Source of the DNA: an uncultured Aliarcobacter sp.
GTDB taxonomy: Bacteria; Campylobacterota; Campylobacteria; Campylobacterales; Arcobacteraceae
Direction of reading: 5' to 3'
Length of the DNA stretch: 64,000 nt
Assembly (NCBI GenBank): GCA_963677435.1
Contig: OY781945.1
Span: 1,664,001 to 1,728,000, forward strand
Shown here in pieces: positions 9,194 through 17,865 of this stretch. The notes under the pieces are model-generated. The model was given only the letters and a program-made list of their open reading frames with translations. It was not told the origin of the DNA and did no database searches. Each line of letters begins with the position of its first letter. Positions within the stretch are counted from its first letter, which is position 1. The position numbers were made by a program, and so were the translations under genes.

Positions 9194-9775
9194 ATGAAAA
9201 AAGTATTAATAATAAATGGTCATCAGCATTATGCTGTAGTAGCAGAAGGTAATTTAACTAATAGTTTTATAAATAAAGCAGATGAATTTTTCCTAAAAAA
9301 TGGTTTTGAAGTAAAACATACAAATATTGAAAAAGGTTATGACATAGAAGAAGAATGTCAAAAATTTGAATGGGCTGATTATGTTTTATTTCAATATCCT
9401 GTTTATTGGATGAGTGTACCTTGGATTGCAAAAAAATATATAGATGAAACATTTACTCAAGGTAGACACTATTCAAGTGATGGAAGAAGTAGAGAAGATG
9501 CTTCAAAATTATATGGAAGTGGTGGATTATTAAAAGGTAAAAAATATATGTTATCTTTAACATACAATTGTCCTGAATCTGCATTTAATAATAAAAATAG
9601 TTTATTTGATGGATTATCTTTAGATGAAGCTCATGTTGCTGTTCATAAAACATTCCAATTTTGTGGATTAGAACCCCTTGAAACTTATGCTGTACATGAC
9701 ATTTTCAAAGGTGATTTAAACTTAGATTTAGAACTAGAAAAGTTTGAAAAAGTATTAACTAAAAACTTTTTATAA
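9194..9775 (+). CDS. mdaB: NAD(P)H:quinone oxidoreductase, MdaB family (flavodoxin_2)
   Basis: INGH, QYPVYWMSVPW..KKYIDE, SDGRSR...YGSGG..GKKYMLSLT motifs. Confidence 0.85.
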   Translation: MKKVLIINGHQHYAVVAEGNLTNSFINKADEFFLKNGFEVKHTNIEKGYDIEEECQKFEWADYVLFQYPVYWMSVPWIAKKYIDETFTQGRHYSSDGRSREDASKLYGSGGLLKGKKYMLSLTYNCPESAFNNKNSLFDGLSLDEAHVAVHKTFQFCGLEPLETYAVHDIFKGDLNLDLELEKFEKVLTKNFL

Positions 9776-9792
9776 AATATGAAGGAGTAGTT

Positions 9793-10542
9793 ATGAATGA
9801 GATAATTAGGCAACTTAGTTCAAGAAAATCAATAAGACAGTTTACAGGTGAAAGTGTAAGTGATGAAGACCTTGAACTTATTATAAAAACAGCACAAAGA
9901 TGTCCAACTTCTATCAATGGACAACAAATATCTTTGGTCTATACAAGAGATAAAGATAAGATAAAACAAATAGCAGAACTTTGTGGTGGACAACAACAAG
10001 TGGCAACAGCTGATGTTTTTATTTTTATATGTGTTGATTTCAATAGAACTATTTTTGCAGTAGAACAAGCAGGAGAAGAACATCAAATAGATAAATCAGC
10101 TGAGGGTGTACTTGTAGGTGCAGTTGATGCTGGAATTATGTTAAATGCTATACAAATCTCAGCAGAATCACTTGGGTATGGAACAACTGCAATTGGAGCA
10201 GTAAGAAATGAACCAGCTGCTATGATTGAGTTGTTAGGACTTCCTCCAAAAACATTTCCAATTGTTGGAACTACTATTGGAGTACCTACAAAAGAAGCAA
10301 AAGATGCCCCACTTAAACCAAGAATGCCAATTGAGAGTTTTGCCTTTGAAGATAAATATGATGACAAAAAAGTAAAAGATGGTGTTTTATTATATGAAAA
10401 ACAGATGAAAAAATTCAGAGTTGATCATAATATGAACTATTTACAATCTTATTGTGAACAAACAGCAAACTATTATAAAAATATATATTTTAGAAAAATC
10501 GAAGAAAACTATACAAAACAAGGTTTTGTTTTTAAAGACTAA
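9793..10542 (+). CDS. Nitroreductase, NfsA/Frp family
   Basis: RKSIRQF, PTSINGQ, AESLGYG...IGAVRN and KPR.P motifs. Confidence 0.85.
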   Translation: MNEIIRQLSSRKSIRQFTGESVSDEDLELIIKTAQRCPTSINGQQISLVYTRDKDKIKQIAELCGGQQQVATADVFIFICVDFNRTIFAVEQAGEEHQIDKSAEGVLVGAVDAGIMLNAIQISAESLGYGTTAIGAVRNEPAAMIELLGLPPKTFPIVGTTIGVPTKEAKDAPLKPRMPIESFAFEDKYDDKKVKDGVLLYEKQMKKFRVDHNMNYLQSYCEQTANYYKNIYFRKIEENYTKQGFVFKD

Positions 10543-10554
10543 AAAGGAAATATC

Positions 10555-10851
10555 ATGAAAAATATAGTAATCGTAGCAACAGTTAAAGTAAAAGATGAAT
10601 TTAAAGATGAAGTTTATAATGAACTTTTAAAATTACATGAAGCAACTCATAAACATGATGAGGGTTGTATTCAGTACGATTTACATAAAAACTTAGATGA
10701 TGAAAATAGTTTTACTTTTGTAGAAACTTGGCAAAATTCAAAACTTTTGGATGAGCATATGAAAAAAGAGCATTTTTTACAATTTGCTCAATTTGTAGAT
10801 GGTAAATTAGAAAGTATGGATATACAAAAATTAGAAAAAGTAGAAGCTTAA
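10555..10851 (+). CDS. ABM-domain putative quinol monooxygenase
   Basis: EGCIQYDLH...F.FVE.W......H...HF. Confidence 0.85.
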   Translation: MKNIVIVATVKVKDEFKDEVYNELLKLHEATHKHDEGCIQYDLHKNLDDENSFTFVETWQNSKLLDEHMKKEHFLQFAQFVDGKLESMDIQKLEKVEA

Positions 10852-10852
10852 T

Positions 10853-11155
10853 ATGATTATTGCAATTGTAAAAGCAAAAATAAAAAATAATAAACATGAT
10901 GAGCTAAGAAAAATAGCAAATATTTTGCAGTATGAATATGCAGTAAAAGAAGAAGGCTGTGAACAATATGAATCATTTATTGATGGTGATACTTTTATTA
11001 CCATTGAAAGATGGAGTTCTCAAAAATTACTTGATTTGCACCTTGAATCTGAGCATGTAAAAGTTTATGTACCTAAATTAAGAGAGTGTGTAGTTGATGA
11101 AACATTTGATGTGCAATTTATAAAAAGTGATGATGTTTCTTTCGTAAAAATATAA
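10853..11155 (+). CDS. ABM-domain putative quinol monooxygenase (second copy)
   Basis: EEGCEQY...IERW......H..S.H. Confidence 0.8.
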   Translation: MIIAIVKAKIKNNKHDELRKIANILQYEYAVKEEGCEQYESFIDGDTFITIERWSSQKLLDLHLESEHVKVYVPKLRECVVDETFDVQFIKSDDVSFVKI

Positions 11156-11174
11156 AAAGATTTAAAGGAAATTT

Positions 11175-12203
11175 ATGAATTTACTATTTACAGAAGGACA
11201 AATAGGGAATTTGAAACTTAAAAATAGAATTGTTATGCCTCCTATGTGCATGTATGCTAGTGATAATAGTGGTGAACTAAAAACTTTTCATAAAGGACAT
11301 TATTTAGCAAGAGCCATTGGTGGTGTTGGTTTTATTATTGTTGAAGCAACAGCTATTGAGCCAAGAGGAAGAATATCTGCTAATGATTTGGGACTTTGGG
11401 ATGATTCTTTAATTGATGCTCATAAAAAACTAAATGAACAAATGCATTCTTTTGGAGCAAAAACTGCTATTCAAATTGCCCATGCTGGTAGAAAATGTAA
11501 TGTTGAAGATGAAACTCCAATTGCACCAAGTGCAATTGCCTTTAGTGATAATAAACCTTTTAAAATGCCAAAAGCTGCAACAATAGAAGATATAAAAAAT
11601 ATAAAAGAATTATTTGTTAAAACTGCACTTAGAGCAAAAGAAGCTGATTATGATGCAATCGAACTTCATGGTGCACATGGGTACTTTTTATGTGAATTTT
11701 TATCACCACTTTCTAATCATAGAGATGATATTTATGGTGGAAGTTTAGAAAATAGATGTAGATTACTTTTAGAAACAGCAAAAGAACTTAAAGAAAAAGT
11801 TAATTTGCCTTTGATTGTAAGAATTAGTGCTGATGAATGGATGAATGAAGGTTGGAATATAGCTGATTCAATTTATCTATCAAAAGAACTTGAAAAAGTT
11901 GGAGTTGATTCTATCCATGTTTCATCTGGTGGAAATCAAGAAAAACCAAACAAACCAATAGAATTAAAACCTATGTATCAAGCTGATTTTGCAAAAGAGA
12001 TAAAAAAAGAGGTAAATATTCCTGTAATTGCTGTTGGATTAATCACAACTGCAAAGCAAGGTGAGAAACTTTTAGAAGAAAAGTATTGTGATTTTGTAGC
12101 ATATGGAAGAGAATTATTGCGTTCACCTAATCTTGTATTTATAGCAGCAAATGAATTTAATCAAAAAGAATTGATAATTCCTTCATATTCAAGAGCTTTT
12201 TAA
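11175..12203 (+). CDS. NADH:flavin oxidoreductase (Old Yellow Enzyme, YqjM/NamA type)
   Basis: NRIVMPPMCMY, HAGRK, ELHGAHGY, FLSP..N.R.D.YGGSLENR and GRELLR.P motifs. Confidence 0.9.
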   Translation: MNLLFTEGQIGNLKLKNRIVMPPMCMYASDNSGELKTFHKGHYLARAIGGVGFIIVEATAIEPRGRISANDLGLWDDSLIDAHKKLNEQMHSFGAKTAIQIAHAGRKCNVEDETPIAPSAIAFSDNKPFKMPKAATIEDIKNIKELFVKTALRAKEADYDAIELHGAHGYFLCEFLSPLSNHRDDIYGGSLENRCRLLLETAKELKEKVNLPLIVRISADEWMNEGWNIADSIYLSKELEKVGVDSIHVSSGGNQEKPNKPIELKPMYQADFAKEIKKEVNIPVIAVGLITTAKQGEKLLEEKYCDFVAYGRELLRSPNLVFIAANEFNQKELIIPSYSRAF

Positions 12204-13126
12204 TGCACAAAGAAGAGAATAAAACTAAATACTTTATTGGTATGTTAATAGCAATGTTACTTTGGGGAGTTGCTTGGACTTCGGGAAAAGCAGCAGTTGA
12301 GCACTCAAATATACAAGTAGCTTCATTTTGGAGATATACGATTTCTTTTATAGGAATGATACCTGTTATGATTTATATGAAAAGATCTTTGAAAACAGAC
12401 CTTATTGGGTATATTTATATGCTTTTAGCTGGATTATTAAGTGCAGCATTTAGTTACTTGTTTTTTGCAGGACTTGCCCATGGACAAGCAGGATATGGAG
12501 GAACTATGGTTACATCATTAGTTCCATTAATTACATATTTTTTATCTATGATTATTTTTAGTACAAAAGTATCTACAAAACAGATACTTGCTTTAGGTAT
12601 TGGTATATTTGGGGCTATAATTTTACTAAAAATACCTATGGAAGGAATGGGATTTCTAAATCTTAACAGTATATATTTTTTAGTATGTGCAGTTGTTTGG
12701 TCCTTTGTTACTATACTAACTCAAAAAGTTTCACACAGAGTTGACCTAATGTTTTATACCTTAGTAATTTTTGGTGTAACAGCATTTACAAATATGATAT
12801 TTGCCTTACCACATCATCCTTTTGAAATAGGATTATATGACTCTATATTTTGGTGGAATATTTTATTTGTAGGATTATTATCAGGAACATTTGCAATGAC
12901 AATATTTTTTGCAAGTGCTAGTAGAATAGGGGCTCACAATACTGGTGTATTTATGTTTATTGTTCCAATTGGAGCAATAGTATCAAGTTATTTTGCCTAT
13001 GGCGAAAAAATTGCTCTATCTACAATTATTGGTTGTTTACTCTCTTTAATAGCAGTTATTTTGTTTAATAAAAAGAGTAAAGTAGAAAAACTTAAACTTC
13101 AAGAAACAAAATTAGGAATACAATGA
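12203..13126 (+). CDS. DMT/EamA-family transporter
   Basis: 10 TM helices in two EamA repeats, LLWG motif. Confidence 0.85.
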   Translation: MHKEENKTKYFIGMLIAMLLWGVAWTSGKAAVEHSNIQVASFWRYTISFIGMIPVMIYMKRSLKTDLIGYIYMLLAGLLSAAFSYLFFAGLAHGQAGYGGTMVTSLVPLITYFLSMIIFSTKVSTKQILALGIGIFGAIILLKIPMEGMGFLNLNSIYFLVCAVVWSFVTILTQKVSHRVDLMFYTLVIFGVTAFTNMIFALPHHPFEIGLYDSIFWWNILFVGLLSGTFAMTIFFASASRIGAHNTGVFMFIVPIGAIVSSYFAYGEKIALSTIIGCLLSLIAVILFNKKSKVEKLKLQETKLGIQ

Positions 13127-13689
13127 AAAATGTTTATATAATACATGGTTATGGAGCATCACCAGTACATCACTGGTTTCCTTGGTTAAAAAAAAAAGAA
13201 TTAGAAAAAGAAAATGTTAAGGTGGTGATTTTAGACTTACCAACACCTAGCTCTCCAAATTCAATTGAATGGAGTAATGCCTTAGAAGAACAAATAAAAT
13301 TAATTGATGAAAATTCATATTTTATTGCTCATAGTTTAGGCTGTATTACTCTTCTTAAATTTTTGGAAGCTTTACCCAACACTACAAAAATAGGTGGATA
13401 TATTCTTGTATCAGGATTTAATGAATCACTTCCCATTTTAAAAGAGTTAGATACTTTTTTAAAACCAGATATAGAATATGTAAAATTAAAAAATATAAGT
13501 TCAAATAGAGTTGTCATTAGTGCAAAAGATGATTCAATTGTATCTTTTAATTTAAGTAATAATTTATCAAATTCCCTGGATGCAAGATTTTTATGTCAGG
13601 AAAAAGGAGGCCATTTTTTAGAAAGTGATGGATTTAAAGAGTTCCCTTTAGTTCTAGAGGAATTTAATAATTTTTTTATCAATTGTTAA
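13123..13689 (+). CDS. RBBP9/YdeN-family alpha/beta hydrolase
   Basis: IIHGY...HWFPWL, AHSLG nucleophile, DD.IV and GGHF motifs. Confidence 0.9.
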   Translation: MKNVYIIHGYGASPVHHWFPWLKKKELEKENVKVVILDLPTPSSPNSIEWSNALEEQIKLIDENSYFIAHSLGCITLLKFLEALPNTTKIGGYILVSGFNESLPILKELDTFLKPDIEYVKLKNISSNRVVISAKDDSIVSFNLSNNLSNSLDARFLCQEKGGHFLESDGFKEFPLVLEEFNNFFINC

Positions 13690-13751
13690 AAAAATTGAAG
13701 GTAGACTAACATCTTTTATGATGTAAAAAATTAATTTAAAAGGAAAAAAAT

Positions 13752-14381
13752 ATGGAAAAAACATTTGCAGAAGCTATGGATTTTAGACACGCGTGTAAAA
13801 TTTTTGATGAGACAAAAAAAATAAGTGATGAGGATATGCACTTTATACTTGAAGCAGGAAGAAAATCACCATCTTCTTTTGGTATGGAAGCATGGAAGTT
13901 TTTAGTTATTACAAACGAAGAGTTAAAAGCAAAACTTAGACCTGCTTGTTGGGATCAAGTTCAAATTACATCTTGTTCTCATTTAGTAATTGTATTAGCA
14001 GGAATTGAAGGTGTAAAACCAGAAAGTGGAATCCCAGAAAAAAGATTTGCAAGAAGAGATATGCCTAAAGAAAAATTAGATTTTTATTTAGGATTATATG
14101 CAGGACATTTAAAAGATACTTTAAGTAGTGATGAAAATATTTTAGCATGGACAGCAAAACAAACAGCATTTGCTGCAGGAAATATGATGACAGCAGCAGC
14201 TATTAAAGGAATAGATTCTTGTCCAGTTGAAGGATTTGATAAAGAAAAAGTTGAAGAGATTTTAGCTTTAGATACTAAAAAATATCAATTGTCTTTAGTG
14301 TTACCTTTTGGTTATAGATTAAATGAACAATCATCTCAATTAAGAGAAAAATTCGAAGATATTGTTGAATTTATCAAATAA
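13752..14381 (+). CDS. Nitroreductase, NfsB-like NAD(P)H-dependent oxidoreductase
   Basis: RHACK.FD, SPSSFG.E.W.F, GIDSCP.EGF and FGYR motifs. Confidence 0.88.
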   Translation: MEKTFAEAMDFRHACKIFDETKKISDEDMHFILEAGRKSPSSFGMEAWKFLVITNEELKAKLRPACWDQVQITSCSHLVIVLAGIEGVKPESGIPEKRFARRDMPKEKLDFYLGLYAGHLKDTLSSDENILAWTAKQTAFAAGNMMTAAAIKGIDSCPVEGFDKEKVEEILALDTKKYQLSLVLPFGYRLNEQSSQLREKFEDIVEFIK

Positions 14382-14681
14382 AAATAATAAAGAGAAATAT
14401 CTAAAAAGGTATTTTTCTTTTATATAAAATAAAAAATATTTAATTATTATAAGTAGTATTATTTAATTTAGAATGATTTATCAAAATAACTATTGAATAT
14501 TTATTTAATAATAAAAATAATTATTATACTGTCCTAAAAATCATACTTATTATAACTTTTAATATAAAATTGAGTTTTTTTACAAAATTTTATAACTTTT
14601 TTTAACAATTATCAAAATGATACTATTTACATACCATTTAATTATAAAATTACAATGAAAACATTTTTTAGGAGATTTTAT

Positions 14682-15371
14682 ATGAATAGTATTTCAGAAG
14701 ATACAATAAATAATAATAGTAATTCTATTTTAGTAATTAGTGAAGATATAGACTGTATGGATATATTAAAGAAAGGTTTAATTAATAAATATGAAATTTC
14801 TTATTTTAATAATAACAAATTTCATTTATTAAATGAGGAGATTAATAATTATAATTTGATAATTTTTGATAATAGTACAAAAGAATTAAAGAAATTTATT
14901 GAAGATTTAAAACTTGCAAAATCATATAACTTTAATATTCCTATGCTTTTATTAGAAGATGGAAACTATGAAGAGACTTCAGTTTATAAATACTGTAATG
15001 TCTACACAATTTTTGATAAAAAAATTGATGAAAATTTTTTATTTTTAAATATTGATATTGCATTAGGATTTTTATATTCAAATAAAAAAGTTCAATTTGA
15101 AAACGGATTTTACTTTGATACAATAAGTGAAACTTTATATCAAGGTAAAAAGATAATTAAATTAACAAAAATTGAGAAAAAATTAGTTAATTTACTTGCT
15201 TCAAATCCAAATACTTTAGTAACTTATGAAGATATATCAGCAACAGTATGGAAAGGTAAAGAATTTTCTATATATTCTTTAAGAAATGTTATTAAACACA
15301 TTAGAGAAAAAACAGAAGAAGCATTTATTAAAAACTCGTCAAATAGAGGTTATATTATTAATACACTTTGA
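14682..15371 (+). CDS. OmpR-type winged-helix response regulator with a degenerate receiver
   Basis: C-terminal LTK.E..L..LL...VW...LRN....IR.K.....I...RGY; ATG at 14682 follows AGGAG (ORF track gives 14655). Confidence 0.75.
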   Translation: MNSISEDTINNNSNSILVISEDIDCMDILKKGLINKYEISYFNNNKFHLLNEEINNYNLIIFDNSTKELKKFIEDLKLAKSYNFNIPMLLLEDGNYEETSVYKYCNVYTIFDKKIDENFLFLNIDIALGFLYSNKKVQFENGFYFDTISETLYQGKKIIKLTKIEKKLVNLLASNPNTLVTYEDISATVWKGKEFSIYSLRNVIKHIREKTEEAFIKNSSNRGYIINTL

Positions 15372-15392
15372 TGATTTTTTAAATCATCAAAG
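15366..15392 (+). terminator. Inverted repeat overlapping the regulator stop codon
   Basis: CTTTGATGATTT-TT-AAATCATCAAAG. Confidence 0.5.
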
Positions 15393-15562
15393 CCTAAATT
15401 CAAAAAAACTACAAAACTTACACCTCTATCAAAAATATCAATTCCAAATATTAAAATTTACATAAATAACTAATTATAAGTCAAAATATTATTTTGAAAA
15501 TTTATTAAAATAATACTATAATAAAATTTATTATTATTTTATGAATTAATAAAGAGAGCGCA

Positions 15563-17854
15563 ATGTCCAAAGAGCTAATAAAAAGAAGTAAAGAGATAAT
15601 AGAAGAGAATGTAAATAGTGTAGTAAATAAATTAAAAGATTTGCGAACAGAAATAAGACAAGATATTGTATGTCGATTAAAACTTCTTAACTATAAAACA
15701 AATGATACTTTAGGTGTAAGTGATGGTAACTATAGTGTTTATGAACTAAATGGAGAAAGTAGGGTAAATTCTCCTTATTCCTTTGAACTTACTTTTGTTA
15801 GTGATGAATTTATTGAAATAGAAGATATTGTAGATACTGATGTTCAAATAAGATTGAGTGATTCTGTAAATACTTTAGTTAGAAAAGATATTTATGGAAA
15901 AATATATGAAGCAGCTGAAGACTCTGTAGTTGCTAAAAAATACCTTTATAGAATAAAAGTAGTTTCTCCTATGTATTATTTAGGATTAACAAATAAATAT
16001 GAGATATTTCAAGATAAAACGGTTGTAGATATTATAAGTGAAATAATAAATAGATATAACCAATTGTTAAATATAAAAATAGATGTAAAAATAGATGAAA
16101 TCTTAGCTCCTAAAAGAGAATATGTAACACAATATGATCAAAGTGATTTGGAATTTATTCAAATGCTTTGTGAAGAAGAGGGTTATAGTTTAATAATAGA
16201 TTATAGTTCAAATGATCCTTACTCTGTAATAGTTTGTGAATTAAATGAACATGCAATAGTAAAAACATACTCCTCAACTTGTAGCTTTAATCATAGTAAG
16301 AAATTTAAAACAAGTAATTATGTAGAAGATTATTATGATAAGAATAATCCAAGCTTGGATTATAAACTCTCTTATGGAGCAAATATAAACTCTAGTGTAA
16401 AAGATAATGATAGTACTAAGCAATTAAGAACAGATATAAAAAAAGAGAAATTAAGAGATAAATTAAACCTTTTAGATGAAAGTTACTATAAAGATCTTAA
16501 TAGATATGCAAAAATAGATTCCCAAAGAGAATACTCAAAAAGTAATATAATAAAAGGTGTAAGCCAAGAACTAAATATAAATGATAGCTTGTGTATAAAC
16601 CTAGAAGATGAAAAAGCAAATAAAAAAATAGAGGTAATAATCCTAAATGTAATATATAAAGGTAAATTTGAAAATGCTTTGGATGAATATAGACAAAATG
16701 TAAAAGATAATGAGAAACATGAACTGCAATATGAAGTAGAATTTGAATCAATTCCAAAAGATATAAACTATAAACCCTCAATAAGTATAAATAAACCAAG
16801 AATAAACTCAATCGTAACAGCAATAGTTTCAAATGGAGAATCAAATACAAAAGATTATGAAAATACAATAGATGTAGATGATGAAGGTAAAATAAAAGTA
16901 CTTTTCCACTTTGAAAGAAATAGAATAACCTCTTGTTACCTAAGAGTATCAAACTTTTATGCAGGAACAAACTTTGGAAGTCAGTTTTTGCCAAGAGTAA
17001 ATAGTGAAGTAATAGTAAGCTTCGTAAATGGTGATCCAGATCTTCCAATAATAATAGGAAGCTTGCATAATGGTGAGAATAAAAATCCTTATAATCTGCC
17101 AGAGAATAAAACAAAGAGTTATATAAAGACTTACTCAATGCCACAATATGAAGATAAAGAGGGTTATAATGAAATGGCTTTCGAAGATAAAAGAGGGCAA
17201 GAAGAACTTACTTTTAGAGCCCAAAGAGATATGAATACCCTAGTGTTAAATGATCAATTAACCCATATACAAAATAATTCAAAAATAATAATAGATAATG
17301 AGAAAGAAGAGACTGTAGAATCAAATTCAATATTAACAGTAAATAAAGATTATACGCAAAATGTAAAAGAGAATCATATAAATGTAGTAGAGAAAGAGAA
17401 GCTAACAACAGTGCAAGAAGATTATGAGATACATGTACTTAAGGATTTGAACACTATTGTTAAGAATGACATTAAAACTATTGTGGAAAAGAATGTAGTA
17501 ACTTCAATAAAAAATACTCTTGTAAAATATGTGGAAAAAGATGTAAGTGATAAATACTTAGAGAATTTGTTTGTACAAGTAGCAAATGAAATGGGAATAG
17601 ATATAAAAGATAGTTTCCACCTAAATACAATAAATGTACTGTTTGAAGGAAATAATGAAATAGTACTAGAATCAAGTAGTGGAATAAGTATAAGAAGTGG
17701 AAGTAATGTCTTAACAATAGATAACTCAGGGATACATTTTAATACACCAAATTATAATGAGAATTCAGGAAATAGTGGGGTTGATGGAATGGAAGTTTCT
17801 AAAATCAAAGTGGAAATAAAATCAAATACAAAATTATTTGATTTTTCAATGTAA
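15563..17854 (+). CDS. vgrG: Type VI secretion spike protein VgrG (TssI)
   Basis: REYVTQYDQSDLEFIQMLCEEEG, FLPRVNSEVIVSFVNGDPDLPIIIGSLHN, NEMAFEDKRGQE..AQRDM, then a gp5-like beta-helix. Confidence 0.93.
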   Translation: MSKELIKRSKEIIEENVNSVVNKLKDLRTEIRQDIVCRLKLLNYKTNDTLGVSDGNYSVYELNGESRVNSPYSFELTFVSDEFIEIEDIVDTDVQIRLSDSVNTLVRKDIYGKIYEAAEDSVVAKKYLYRIKVVSPMYYLGLTNKYEIFQDKTVVDIISEIINRYNQLLNIKIDVKIDEILAPKREYVTQYDQSDLEFIQMLCEEEGYSLIIDYSSNDPYSVIVCELNEHAIVKTYSSTCSFNHSKKFKTSNYVEDYYDKNNPSLDYKLSYGANINSSVKDNDSTKQLRTDIKKEKLRDKLNLLDESYYKDLNRYAKIDSQREYSKSNIIKGVSQELNINDSLCINLEDEKANKKIEVIILNVIYKGKFENALDEYRQNVKDNEKHELQYEVEFESIPKDINYKPSISINKPRINSIVTAIVSNGESNTKDYENTIDVDDEGKIKVLFHFERNRITSCYLRVSNFYAGTNFGSQFLPRVNSEVIVSFVNGDPDLPIIIGSLHNGENKNPYNLPENKTKSYIKTYSMPQYEDKEGYNEMAFEDKRGQEELTFRAQRDMNTLVLNDQLTHIQNNSKIIIDNEKEETVESNSILTVNKDYTQNVKENHINVVEKEKLTTVQEDYEIHVLKDLNTIVKNDIKTIVEKNVVTSIKNTLVKYVEKDVSDKYLENLFVQVANEMGIDIKDSFHLNTINVLFEGNNEIVLESSSGISIRSGSNVLTIDNSGIHFNTPNYNENSGNSGVDGMEVSKIKVEIKSNTKLFDFSM

Positions 17855-17865
17855 GGTTAAAAAAT

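Noticed and set aside
13188..13197. A10 homopolymer in the YdeN-like gene as a phase-variation tract
   Set aside because: The frame is intact, and poly-A runs are common at this AT content; phase variation in this group typically uses poly-G/C
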